Part shown: positions 47,727 to 55,805 of the stretch, in pieces
Position numbering within the stretch: position 1 is the stretch's first letter
How the letters are laid out: the number at the start of each line of letters is the position of its first letter
NCBI GenBank assembly: GCA_035063585.1
Contig: JAPSGB010000010.1
Span: 1 to 64,000, forward strand
Source of the DNA: Polyangiaceae bacterium
GTDB taxonomy: Bacteria; Myxococcota_A; Polyangia; Polyangiales; Polyangiaceae
Length of the DNA: 64,000 nt
Direction of reading: 5' to 3'
Program-made: the position numbers and the translations under genes
The notes under the pieces: generated by a model
What the model was told of the DNA's origin: nothing
Database searches by the model: none
Seen by the model: only the letters and a program-made list of their open reading frames with translations

Positions 47727-49226
47727 CTATTCGGGGACCTCGTGACCTGCGTCGCGAAGCTCGTCGCGGAGCGCGTCGATGCGCTCGGTGAATACGCCGG
47801 CGACGTCCGGGTCGAACTGCGACTTCGAGCAGCGGACGATCTCGTTGACGGTCACCTCGTGAGGCAGCGCGCGGCGATAGGCGCGGTCGCTGGTCATGGC
47901 ATCGTAGGTGTCCGCCACCGAGATGATGCGGGCGATGAGCGGGATCTCCTGACCGGCGAGGCCGAGCGGGTAGCCCCGGCCGTCCCAGCGCTCGTGGTGC
48001 AGATGCACGCCGGGGATCACTGGCGCGAGGAACTTGATGGGATCGAGGATCTCGCGACCGTAGGCGGGATGTTGCTTGAAGATCTCGTATTCGTCGTCGG
48101 TGAGCCTCCCCGGCTTGTTGAGGTTCATCACGCAGCCGACCTTGCCGATGTCGTGCATCAGCGCCGAGTGCCGGACGATCTCGATGGTCGGCTCGTCGAG
48201 GCCGAGCCAGCGCGCCAGGGCCACCGCGTAGCGCGCGACGCGCTCCGAGTGACCCGCGGTGTAGCGATCCATCTTGTCGATGGTGCGAGCGAGGCTCTGG
48301 ATGGTCTGCTGGAAGGTGGCCTGGAGATCCTCGTAGAGGCGTGCATTTTCCATGGTGGCCGCGGCGCGCGACGCGATCATCGCGAGCATCTTGCGGTTGC
48401 CCTCGTCGAAGCGCTTACTCGCCGTGAGCGAGACCACCGCGAGCCACCCGATGAGCCGCTCGCGCATCTTGAGGGGTACGATGGCGAGGCTCGACACCGG
48501 TCGATCCGGCGCTCGCTCGAAGAGATCGAGCGCGCGCGCGCCGTGCTCGACCACCGAATCGCCGCGCATCAACCGCCTCGAGATGGCCGTCGCGTCGAGC
48601 TGTCCCGGCTCGAGCTCGGCGGGGAACGATGCGCTCACGTGCACGCTCCGCTCGAAATAGCCGCCCTCGCCGTCCTCGAGCCAGGTCGCCACCATGTCGG
48701 CGCGGACCTCGTGAATCCCGGCGTCCGACACGGTCGCGATGACCTCATCGAGCGAGAGGCTCGCGTGGATCGCCTCGCTCACCTTGTAGAGCGACACCGC
48801 CTCGCGGAGCCGGAGGTTCTCGGCGGCGAGCCGGCGCTTCTCGAGGCCGCGCTGGACGATATGGACGATCTCCTCGACCTTGAACGGCTTCAGGATGTAG
48901 TCGTACGCGCCCTGCTTCATCGCGTCGATCGCGGTCTCGACCGTGCCAAATCCGGTCATGATGACGGTGAGCGTGTCCGGATGGGTGCGCGACACCTCCT
49001 TCAGGAGCTCGAGCCCGCCCATCTTCGGCATCTTGAGATCGCTGATGATGAGGTCGTATCGGGCTCGCGCGAGCTCGTCGAGGGCGCGCGTGCCGTCCTC
49101 GGCGGTCCGGACCTGGTAGCCTTCCATGCCGAGAAAATCGGCGAGGATGTCGCGAATGAACTTCTCGTCGTCGACGACGAGGACTCGCGGCTTCTCGTCG
49201 AGCTCTGCCGGTTCGGTTTCGTTCAT
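47727..49226 (-). CDS. Response regulator with REC-GAF-HD-GYP domains (cyclic-dinucleotide phosphodiesterase)
   Basis: VLVVDDE, SDLKMP, KPF; GAF region; GHSERV, HDIGK, HHERWDGRGYP and VADTYDAM motifs. Confidence 0.93.
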   Translation of the reverse strand: MNETEPAELDEKPRVLVVDDEKFIRDILADFLGMEGYQVRTAEDGTRALDELARARYDLIISDLKMPKMGGLELLKEVSRTHPDTLTVIMTGFGTVETAIDAMKQGAYDYILKPFKVEEIVHIVQRGLEKRRLAAENLRLREAVSLYKVSEAIHASLSLDEVIATVSDAGIHEVRADMVATWLEDGEGGYFERSVHVSASFPAELEPGQLDATAISRRLMRGDSVVEHGARALDLFERAPDRPVSSLAIVPLKMRERLIGWLAVVSLTASKRFDEGNRKMLAMIASRAAATMENARLYEDLQATFQQTIQSLARTIDKMDRYTAGHSERVARYAVALARWLGLDEPTIEIVRHSALMHDIGKVGCVMNLNKPGRLTDDEYEIFKQHPAYGREILDPIKFLAPVIPGVHLHHERWDGRGYPLGLAGQEIPLIARIISVADTYDAMTSDRAYRRALPHEVTVNEIVRCSKSQFDPDVAGVFTERIDALRDELRDAGHEVPE

Positions 49227-49268
49227 TCTGCGATCGGGGATAAGGTACCAGGAAAACCCGGGGCGGGT

Positions 49269-51005
49269 TCAGCCGCTTGCCTCGGCGAAGACGGCGAGGT
49301 CGCCAGGGAGGGCGCATGAGACCACGATTTCGTTTCCGTGGCCGCCGGGATCTAGCTCGACGCGGCTCGCGTGCAAAAAGAGTCGGTCGAGCCCGTGACG
49401 CTCGGCGACGTGGCGGTTGGTCGGCCCGTGTCCGAAGCGAGTGTCCCCGAGCACTGGGTGCCCCAGCCCTGCAAGATGCCGGCGGAGCTGCTCGGGGCTT
49501 CCCGGCTCGGCGAGGATCTCGAGCAGACTATGCCCGTGGGCCACGCCGAGCCGGCGGTAGCGAGTCCGCGCGGGTGCGCCACCGAGCGGGCGGTTCACCG
49601 ACCCGGATGGGCGGGTGACGCCGCGCACGGCGGCGACGAACCTCACCCGGACCGCGCTCGGCGCGGTGGAGTGGGTGAACGGGAGCGCGCCGCTCGCCTC
49701 GGTGTGGAGCGAGACGGCCGCGCGCGCCTCCGCGAAGCCCACGACGCGCCGGACTCGCTGGAGCAGGTGGCGTGGGTCCTCGTGCGGGGGCTTGTCGACG
49801 ACGAGCCACTGGTCGTCCGCATGGAGCACCCGGAGCGGTGGCGGCGCGCCCCGCGTGAGCACCGCGAGGCACTCGAGCTCCTCGGTGAGCGGGATCATGT
49901 CGAACGGCTCGGGCGGGGCCGCGCGATAACCGAGCTCGACGAGGTGTGAGAGGTCGCGAGCGAGCGTCTCCGGGTTGCACGATACGTAGGCGAGCGCCCG
50001 CGGCTCGAGCGCGGCGAGTGCGACACGCGCGGCCGGCTCGAGCCCGCGCCGCGGCGGGTCGACGACCACCACGTCTGGTCGGACGCGGTCGCGCGCGAGA
50101 GCGCGCGCGACCCGTCCCGCGTCGCCGGTGATCACCTCGACCGCGCCGGATGGTAGCTCGCGAGCGGCGTCTCGCGCCGCCGCGGCCGCTTCCGGGTAAG
50201 ACTCGACCAGGGTCATCGTCATGCCGGCGTGCGCGAGCGCGAGCCCGATGGCCCCCGAGCCTGCGTAGAGCTCGACGCCTCGCTTGCCAGCGAGCCCGCC
50301 GAGCGCGCGCTCGAGCGCGGCGACGAGCGCGGCGTGCAGCGCCGCCGCTTGCGCGCGATGTGCCTGCACGAACGCGCCGGGCACGGCGAGGTGCGTGACC
50401 TCTCCGATGCGATCCGGCGCGCGCCCGACGCCGCGCACCAGTCGGTGACCCGCGCCGAGGAGCTGGACTGCGTCGCGCGCTCGGCGGCTCACCGAGACTC
50501 CGGCGAGCTCGGGCGCCGCGCTCATGAGCGCCGCCGCCGCGGCGGCGAGCGCGCGCTCCGGCACCTCGCGCGCGGCGTCCAGCACCAGCGTGAGCAGCGC
50601 GCGCGGCGCGCCGCCGTCGCTCACCTCGCGGGCGTCGATGGCGACCAGCGCGTCGAAGACCGCCGCGTCGGCCGGACTCGGCTCGGCCGCTCGGCTGCGG
50701 AGCGCGGCGACCACGGCGCGGACGGTCGGCGTGAGCACGCGGCACTCGGGGATGTCGACCACCTCGTGGCTCGCCGCGGCGTAGAGCCCGACCTGGGCGC
50801 CCGGGCCGACCACGAATTTCGCCCGCACGCGGTAGTCGACCACGGTGGGTGCGGGGCGAACCGCGCGTGGCTCGAGCGCGAGCGACGGGTAGCGCGAGAA
50901 GGCGCGGCGCGCGCGCTCCTGCTTCTCGGCGAGCCCCGCGTGGTAGTCGAGATGGATGAGCGGGCAGCCGCCGCAGCGCTCCGCGTGAGGACAGTTAACC
51001 GACAC
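49269..51005 (-). CDS. RlmD/RumA-type RNA m5U methyltransferase fused to a degenerate RluA-like pseudouridine synthase domain
   Basis: CPHAERCGGC..C (Fe-S), FVQ, ELYAGSG, VDPPRRG, YVSCNP; then LHADDQWLVVDKP...QLRRHLAGLGHPVLGDTRFG...RLFLHA. Confidence 0.85.
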   Translation of the reverse strand: MSVNCPHAERCGGCPLIHLDYHAGLAEKQERARRAFSRYPSLALEPRAVRPAPTVVDYRVRAKFVVGPGAQVGLYAAASHEVVDIPECRVLTPTVRAVVAALRSRAAEPSPADAAVFDALVAIDAREVSDGGAPRALLTLVLDAAREVPERALAAAAAALMSAAPELAGVSVSRRARDAVQLLGAGHRLVRGVGRAPDRIGEVTHLAVPGAFVQAHRAQAAALHAALVAALERALGGLAGKRGVELYAGSGAIGLALAHAGMTMTLVESYPEAAAAARDAARELPSGAVEVITGDAGRVARALARDRVRPDVVVVDPPRRGLEPAARVALAALEPRALAYVSCNPETLARDLSHLVELGYRAAPPEPFDMIPLTEELECLAVLTRGAPPPLRVLHADDQWLVVDKPPHEDPRHLLQRVRRVVGFAEARAAVSLHTEASGALPFTHSTAPSAVRVRFVAAVRGVTRPSGSVNRPLGGAPARTRYRRLGVAHGHSLLEILAEPGSPEQLRRHLAGLGHPVLGDTRFGHGPTNRHVAERHGLDRLFLHASRVELDPGGHGNEIVVSCALPGDLAVFAEASG

Positions 51006-51017
51006 GGCCGCGTCGGG

Positions 51018-51620
51018 TCAGCCCCGCTGCCCGAGCAGGCCGCCGAGCGAGCGGCGATGGTGCTCCGGGTCGTAGCTCCGCAAGAAGTGGAGGTTGAGCC
51101 CGTTGATGAGCGCGTGCGCGACGATGGGGCCGAGCAGCGACCCGGACAGCTCGAAGATGGCGCCGAGCGCGAGCCCGACCACGGTCGCCCACGAGGCCCA
51201 CACCCAGCGGCTCCGCCCGCGCACCTGGTGCAGCACGCCGAAGAGGAGCGCCTGCGGGATGAGTCCGAGCCACGGCTGGAGGAGCCCCCGGAAGAGCAAT
51301 TCCTCACCGAGCGCGCTCGAGACCGCGAGCGCCACGATCCCGACGGCCGAGATCCCGCGGGCGATGGGGCGGAGCTCGCCGTGGAGCTCGCGCGCCCACG
51401 AGAAGCGGGTGACCGACATCCGCGTGCCGAGCACGATCACCGCGCCGAACACCAGCCCGAGGATCAGGCTGTAGGTGTGGCTCTCGCTCGGGCTGAGCGG
51501 CAGCCACGGAGTGGGGTACACGAGCGGCGAGCCGCGCCGCCAGAGCACCGCGATGAACGCGGCCGCCACCGCGAGGACGGCGTAGGCCGAGGCAGCGGCG
51601 AAGCGGCCCCACCGGATCAT
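51018..51620 (-). CDS. CPBP (Abi/CAAX) family intramembrane metalloprotease
   Basis: GEELLFRG, FGVLH and AHALIN motifs. TAGTCT lies 5 nt before ATG 51620. Confidence 0.88.
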   Translation of the reverse strand: MIRWGRFAAASAYAVLAVAAAFIAVLWRRGSPLVYPTPWLPLSPSESHTYSLILGLVFGAVIVLGTRMSVTRFSWARELHGELRPIARGISAVGIVALAVSSALGEELLFRGLLQPWLGLIPQALLFGVLHQVRGRSRWVWASWATVVGLALGAIFELSGSLLGPIVAHALINGLNLHFLRSYDPEHHRRSLGGLLGQRG

Positions 51621-51739
51621 CGCGCAGACTATGGCACGGGCCCTCGGGGCGCGCACTAGCCACCTCGGGCCGAGGCGCTCCGCGCGCGGCCTGGCCGAGC
51701 CGGCTTCGGGGCCCGCGGGCGGGCCGGGGACGGCGAGGG

Positions 51740-51755
51740 TGTCGCTCGCGCGACA
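51740..51755. promoter_or_regulatory. Inverted repeat TGTCGC-N4-GCGACA upstream of the sigma factor gene
   Basis: Perfect 6-bp arms just upstream of TAACTT (-10-like, 51763-51768). Confidence 0.4.
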
Positions 51756-51776
51756 ACCGCGCTAACTTCTCGCGCC

Positions 51777-52487
51777 GTGGCGCGGCCGGACGACCCTGCA
51801 GAGGTGCGAGAGCGGTTCGACGCGACGCTCGAGTTGGTCGAGATCATCGCGCGTCGGGTCGCGCGCTCGATCGGCCCCGCGGCGAACCTCGACGAGCTCG
51901 TGAGCTTCGGGCAAGAGGGCCTGCTCGACGCCGCGCGACGGTACGACGCCTCGCGGGGGGTGCCGTTTCGCTCCTACGCCAACTACCGCGTGCGCGGCGC
52001 CATCATCGACGGGGTCCGCTCACTGGCGCGGCTGCCGCGGCGCACGCACCAGCGGCTGAACGGCCTGGACGCCGCCGGGCGCTTCTCGGAGGGCGCGCTC
52101 GAGGACTCCTGCGCGCCGCGCCCTCCGGGCTCCGCTGCGGCGGAGGCCGAGCGGGCCCTCGCCGACCACCTCGCCGGGATGGCGACCGCGATGACCCTCG
52201 GAATCATCGCGCCGGTCGCGCACGGCGACGAGGGCGAGCTCGTGAGCCAGTCCACCGACGAGGATCCCGAGGAGCGCGTCGCGCGGGCGGAGCTCCTCGC
52301 CGTGGTAGGGGACGCGATCGCAGAGCTTCCGCCTCAAGAGGCGGAGCTGGTTCGCCGTCACTACCTCGGCGGCGAGCGTTTCGACGTGGTCGCCGCCGAG
52401 CTCGGGCTCAGCAAGTCCTGGGGCAGCCGGCTCCACACGCGCGCGCTCGGGCGGCTCGCCAAGCGGCTTCGCGGCGTCGCGGGCTGA
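51777..52487 (+). CDS. FliA/WhiG-like (sigma28-type) RNA polymerase sigma factor
   Basis: DELVSFGQEGLLDAARRYDASRGVPFRSYANYRVRGAIID (region 2) and region 4 HTH VAAELGLSKSWGSRLH.RAL. Confidence 0.85.
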   Translation: MARPDDPAEVRERFDATLELVEIIARRVARSIGPAANLDELVSFGQEGLLDAARRYDASRGVPFRSYANYRVRGAIIDGVRSLARLPRRTHQRLNGLDAAGRFSEGALEDSCAPRPPGSAAAEAERALADHLAGMATAMTLGIIAPVAHGDEGELVSQSTDEDPEERVARAELLAVVGDAIAELPPQEAELVRRHYLGGERFDVVAAELGLSKSWGSRLHTRALGRLAKRLRGVAG

Positions 52488-52528
52488 CCGCGCCGCCGAC
52501 GAGCGCGCCGCGCGCTCGGGCCGGGCAG

Positions 52529-52547
52529 GGTTCCGCGCCGGACCGAC
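52529..52547 (-). repeat. Dispersed 19-bp element, exact copy
   Basis: Reads GGTTCCGCGCCGGACCGAC on the + strand. Confidence 0.85.
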
Positions 52548-52592
52548 CCACAGGACACGCAACCGCGGCGCCGCCCGGCCGATTCGGCGCGC

Positions 52593-52928
52593 ATGATCCC
52601 TCCGCTCACGAGCGCTCCCGGTCTCGAGCAGTCCGTCGCGTTACCGTCCTCGCCCGCGCCGTCGGCTTCCGCCGCGCCGGAGGCCACGCCGCCCGAGGAG
52701 CGGCGCGAGCGATTTCGGAGCGCGCTCGAGGGGTGGGGGCGAGAGATCGACCGCGGCGAGGCGCTGGTGCGCTCGTCGCTGGGTGGGGGCGCGCACCTGG
52801 GCGCCGGCGATCTCATCGCGCTCCAGGCGGGGATTTATCGCTACAGCGAGGCGGTGGATCTCGCCGCGAAGCTGGTCGACCGGGCGACGAGCGCAGTGAA
52901 GACCACACTCCAGGGCTCGGGCTCGTAG
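52593..52928 (+). CDS. Small helical protein resembling a T3SS inner rod (SctI/YscI/HrpB) or needle subunit
   Basis: C-terminus DLIALQAGIYRYSEAVDLAAKLVDRATSAVKTTLQ, after a Pro/Ala-rich N-terminus. Confidence 0.55.
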   Translation: MIPPLTSAPGLEQSVALPSSPAPSASAAPEATPPEERRERFRSALEGWGREIDRGEALVRSSLGGGAHLGAGDLIALQAGIYRYSEAVDLAAKLVDRATSAVKTTLQGSGS

Positions 52929-52983
52929 CGGGCGCCCGGGCGCGCTAGGCTCTCGCCGAGAGAAAGGCGAGACGGAAAGCGAG

Positions 52984-54084
52984 ATGGGACGCGTGCTCGT
53001 CGCGATGAGCGGCGGGGTAGATTCATCGGTGGCCGCGGCGCGGCTCGTGGCGGCCGGGCTGGAGGTGGTCGGCGTCACCCTGCACCTCTGGGACACCCCG
53101 GACGACGGCTCGGTGAAGGGGCGCTGCTGCGCGCCCGAGGACGTGCACGACGCGCGCAGGGTGGCCGACGCGCTCGGTATCGCGCACTACTCCTTCGACC
53201 GACGAGAGCAGTTTCGACGCGAGGTCGTGAGTCCCTTCGTCGACGCCTACCTCGCTGGGGAGACGCCGAGCCCGTGCGTCACCTGCAACCGCTCGGTGAA
53301 GATGCACGAGCTCTTGTCACTCGCGGACCGCCTCGACGCGGACGCGGTCGCCACCGGTCACTACGCGCGCGTCGATCACGTCGCGGAGCCGCCCCGGCTG
53401 CTGCGCGCGCGTGACCGCGAGAAGGATCAGAGCTATTTCCTCCACATGCTCGACGCTCGGGCTCTCGCGCGCCTGAGGTTTCCGCTCGGCGAGGCGACCA
53501 AGCCCGAGGTGCGCGCAGAGGCGGCTCGGCTCGGCCTTCCGGGCGCGACCAAGGGTGAGAGCCAGGAGCTCTGCTTCGTCCCGAGCGGGCACTACGCGGA
53601 GTTCGTCGCGCGCGAGGCCGGCGAGCGCGCGAAGGGAGGGGTCGTGGTCGATGAGCGCGGGCGCGTGCTCGGCGAGCACGACGGTGTCCATCGCTTCACC
53701 ATCGGGCAACGTAAGAACCTCCGGATCGCCGTCGGTCGTCGCGCCTACGTGGTGGACATCGACGCCGTGACCGGCAAGGTCACGCTCGGCGAGCGCGAGC
53801 AGCTCGCCTCGGAGGGCGCGGTCGTGGAGGGGGTCACACTCGCGGCGGACGTGACCCTCCCGATCGAGGTCGGCGTCGCGGTGCGCTACCGTGCCGAGCC
53901 GGTGCCCGCCATCGTCGAGCATCTGTCGAGCGGCGAAGCGCTGGTGCGCTTCCGCGCGCCGGTGAGCGCGGTCGTCCCGGGACAGTTCGCGGTGTTCTAC
54001 CAGGGCGAGCGCGTGCTCGGCGGCGGGCGCATCGCGCGCGCGGTGCGGGCTCGGGCCACGGTCGCCGACGAGGTGCGCGCGTGA
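52984..54084 (+). CDS. mnmA: tRNA 2-thiouridine(34) synthase
   Basis: AMSGGVDSSVAA, TPSPCVTCN, ATGHY, KDQSYFL, ESQELCF, FTIGQRK and PGQ motifs. Confidence 0.96.
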   Translation: MGRVLVAMSGGVDSSVAAARLVAAGLEVVGVTLHLWDTPDDGSVKGRCCAPEDVHDARRVADALGIAHYSFDRREQFRREVVSPFVDAYLAGETPSPCVTCNRSVKMHELLSLADRLDADAVATGHYARVDHVAEPPRLLRARDREKDQSYFLHMLDARALARLRFPLGEATKPEVRAEAARLGLPGATKGESQELCFVPSGHYAEFVAREAGERAKGGVVVDERGRVLGEHDGVHRFTIGQRKNLRIAVGRRAYVVDIDAVTGKVTLGEREQLASEGAVVEGVTLAADVTLPIEVGVAVRYRAEPVPAIVEHLSSGEALVRFRAPVSAVVPGQFAVFYQGERVLGGGRIARAVRARATVADEVRA

Positions 54085-54716
54085 GCCGAAGCGGTCGCGC
54101 GGCGGTCGCGCTCGTCTCGCTCGCGCTGCTCGGTTGCACCGCCGGTGAGGGAGAGGGTTGGGTTCGGAGCGAGCGCCTCTTCATCGAGGACTGCTGGAAC
54201 GGGAAGTTCGACTTGAAGCCGGATTTCTTCGCCGCGAACCCCTCCCGCGATACCCAGATGATCCGGGTGCAGCGGGGCGACAACATCGAAGAGATGTCCG
54301 ATGGCCTGATGGCCGTCGTCACCGACGTGGGCGCCATCCGCAGAGGGATGCTCGGGCAAGCCCTGAGCGTGGGGCTCCCGGTGGGAGTCCATCCGCCTGG
54401 GACGGGGCTGCCCACGACGCCGAGCGCCGATCCACCGCGGGTCAGCCTGGCCCTCTACCTCCACGACACCTGCCACGGCCAGAACGGCACGCTCTACTCG
54501 ATCGACGGCACCATCACGTTCAACGCGCTCTTTAGCGGAGATCGGAACGAGTCGAGCGCCGACGAGCGCCTCACCGACGCCGAATTCGAGGCCACCTTCG
54601 CCGATCCGCGCGATCTCCAGCCGGACGGCACCTACCCGCCCGAGCGCACGAGCACGGTGCGGGGCTGGTTCCGTTTCTTCTTCCAGCGAGGACAGCCCGC
54701 GCAGCCATTTCCGTGA
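54081..54716 (+). CDS. Hypothetical lipoprotein
   Basis: GTGA overlap with mnmA; lipobox LLGC. Confidence 0.7.
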   Translation: MSRSGRAAVALVSLALLGCTAGEGEGWVRSERLFIEDCWNGKFDLKPDFFAANPSRDTQMIRVQRGDNIEEMSDGLMAVVTDVGAIRRGMLGQALSVGLPVGVHPPGTGLPTTPSADPPRVSLALYLHDTCHGQNGTLYSIDGTITFNALFSGDRNESSADERLTDAEFEATFADPRDLQPDGTYPPERTSTVRGWFRFFFQRGQPAQPFP

Positions 54717-54756
54717 GGCGTGGGCCTAGGAGCAGAAGTAGGAGGTTTCCCGAAAT

Positions 54757-54775
54757 GTCGGTTCGGCGCGGAATC
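54757..54775 (+). repeat. Dispersed 19-bp element, 2 mismatches
   Basis: GTCGGTTCGGCGCGGAATC. Confidence 0.65.
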
Positions 54776-54869
54776 GGGGGTGGTCGCCCGGCCCCGTGGC
54801 CTGTCGGGTTCGGCCGGCATTCAGCGCCAAAATGTTGCATACTCGTGGGTCCGAGGCGGGCGCGAGCGG

Positions 54870-54898
54870 TTGATCGAGCGCGCGCGCGTCGGTAGAAT
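54870..54898 (+). promoter_or_regulatory. Sigma70-type promoter
   Basis: TTGATC-N17-TAGAAT, 12 nt before ATG 54911. Confidence 0.65.
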
Positions 54899-54910
54899 TT
54901 GCACATCGTC

Positions 54911-55801
54911 ATGCCTCGACCCGCGCGCGCCTGCCGCCCGATTCGCCTGTTGCTTGCCGCCTTGGCGTGCGCGCTCGTCTGCCTGATGGCGCCGCTCGCG
55001 TCCGCCGCGGGCGGTCGGTTCGCGGGCGCGGACGAGGCCTGGAGCCAGGGTGAGCTCGAGAAGGCCCAGAAGCTCTACGAGCAGGCGCTCGCCGCGGGCG
55101 GCCTCGAGCCGAAGGAGGTGGTCATCGCCTATTCCAGGATCGGCACCGTGAAGGCCGCGCTCAAGGACTCCAAGGGGGCGCTCAGCGCGTTCCGCACCGC
55201 GGCCACCATCGACCCGGCGTTCAAGCTGCCCGCCGACAGCGGCCCGATCGCGAAGAAGCTCTACGCGCAGGCGCACGCGGAGGCTGCCGCGCAAGGCGAG
55301 AAGCTGAGCGTCGCCATCAGCGCGCCGGACAACACACCGGCGAAGCAGCCCTTCACCCTCGAGGTCAGCATCCCGGGTGGCTTTGCCGTGCTGGTCGCCG
55401 AGGTCGCCGTCACCATCGAAGATCCGGTGACCCACAAGAAGTGGGAGAAGAAGAAGCCGGCAGAGCCCTCGCTGTCCTTCGAATTCCCGAAGGCTGCGGC
55501 GGTCCCGGGCGCGCGTCTCAAGGTCACGGCGCGAGCCGTCGACGGCGAGAAGAACGCGTGGGCGCTCGCGGAGACGGCCATCAAGGTGGACGGCACGCGG
55601 AGCGTCGCCAGCATGGACGACGGCGAGGTGTCGCCCTTCGAGGACGATAAGCCGAAGAAGAAGGAGGACAAGGGCGGCGGGTTCTTCGCGGGTCCCCTCC
55701 CGTGGATCATCGGCGGTGCGCTCTTGGTCGGCGGGGTCGTCGTGTTTGCCGTTACTCGCCCGAGCGGTGACGTGACGGTCGGGGCGCCGAGCTGGCAGTG
55801 A
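54911..55801 (+). CDS. Exported TPR-like + beta-domain protein with C-terminal membrane segment
   Basis: Signal peptide (ASA), TPR-like helices, PWIIGGALLVGGVVVFAV TM segment. Confidence 0.65.
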   Translation: MPRPARACRPIRLLLAALACALVCLMAPLASAAGGRFAGADEAWSQGELEKAQKLYEQALAAGGLEPKEVVIAYSRIGTVKAALKDSKGALSAFRTAATIDPAFKLPADSGPIAKKLYAQAHAEAAAQGEKLSVAISAPDNTPAKQPFTLEVSIPGGFAVLVAEVAVTIEDPVTHKKWEKKKPAEPSLSFEFPKAAAVPGARLKVTARAVDGEKNAWALAETAIKVDGTRSVASMDDGEVSPFEDDKPKKKEDKGGGFFAGPLPWIIGGALLVGGVVVFAVTRPSGDVTVGAPSWQ

Positions 55802-55805
55802 GCCG

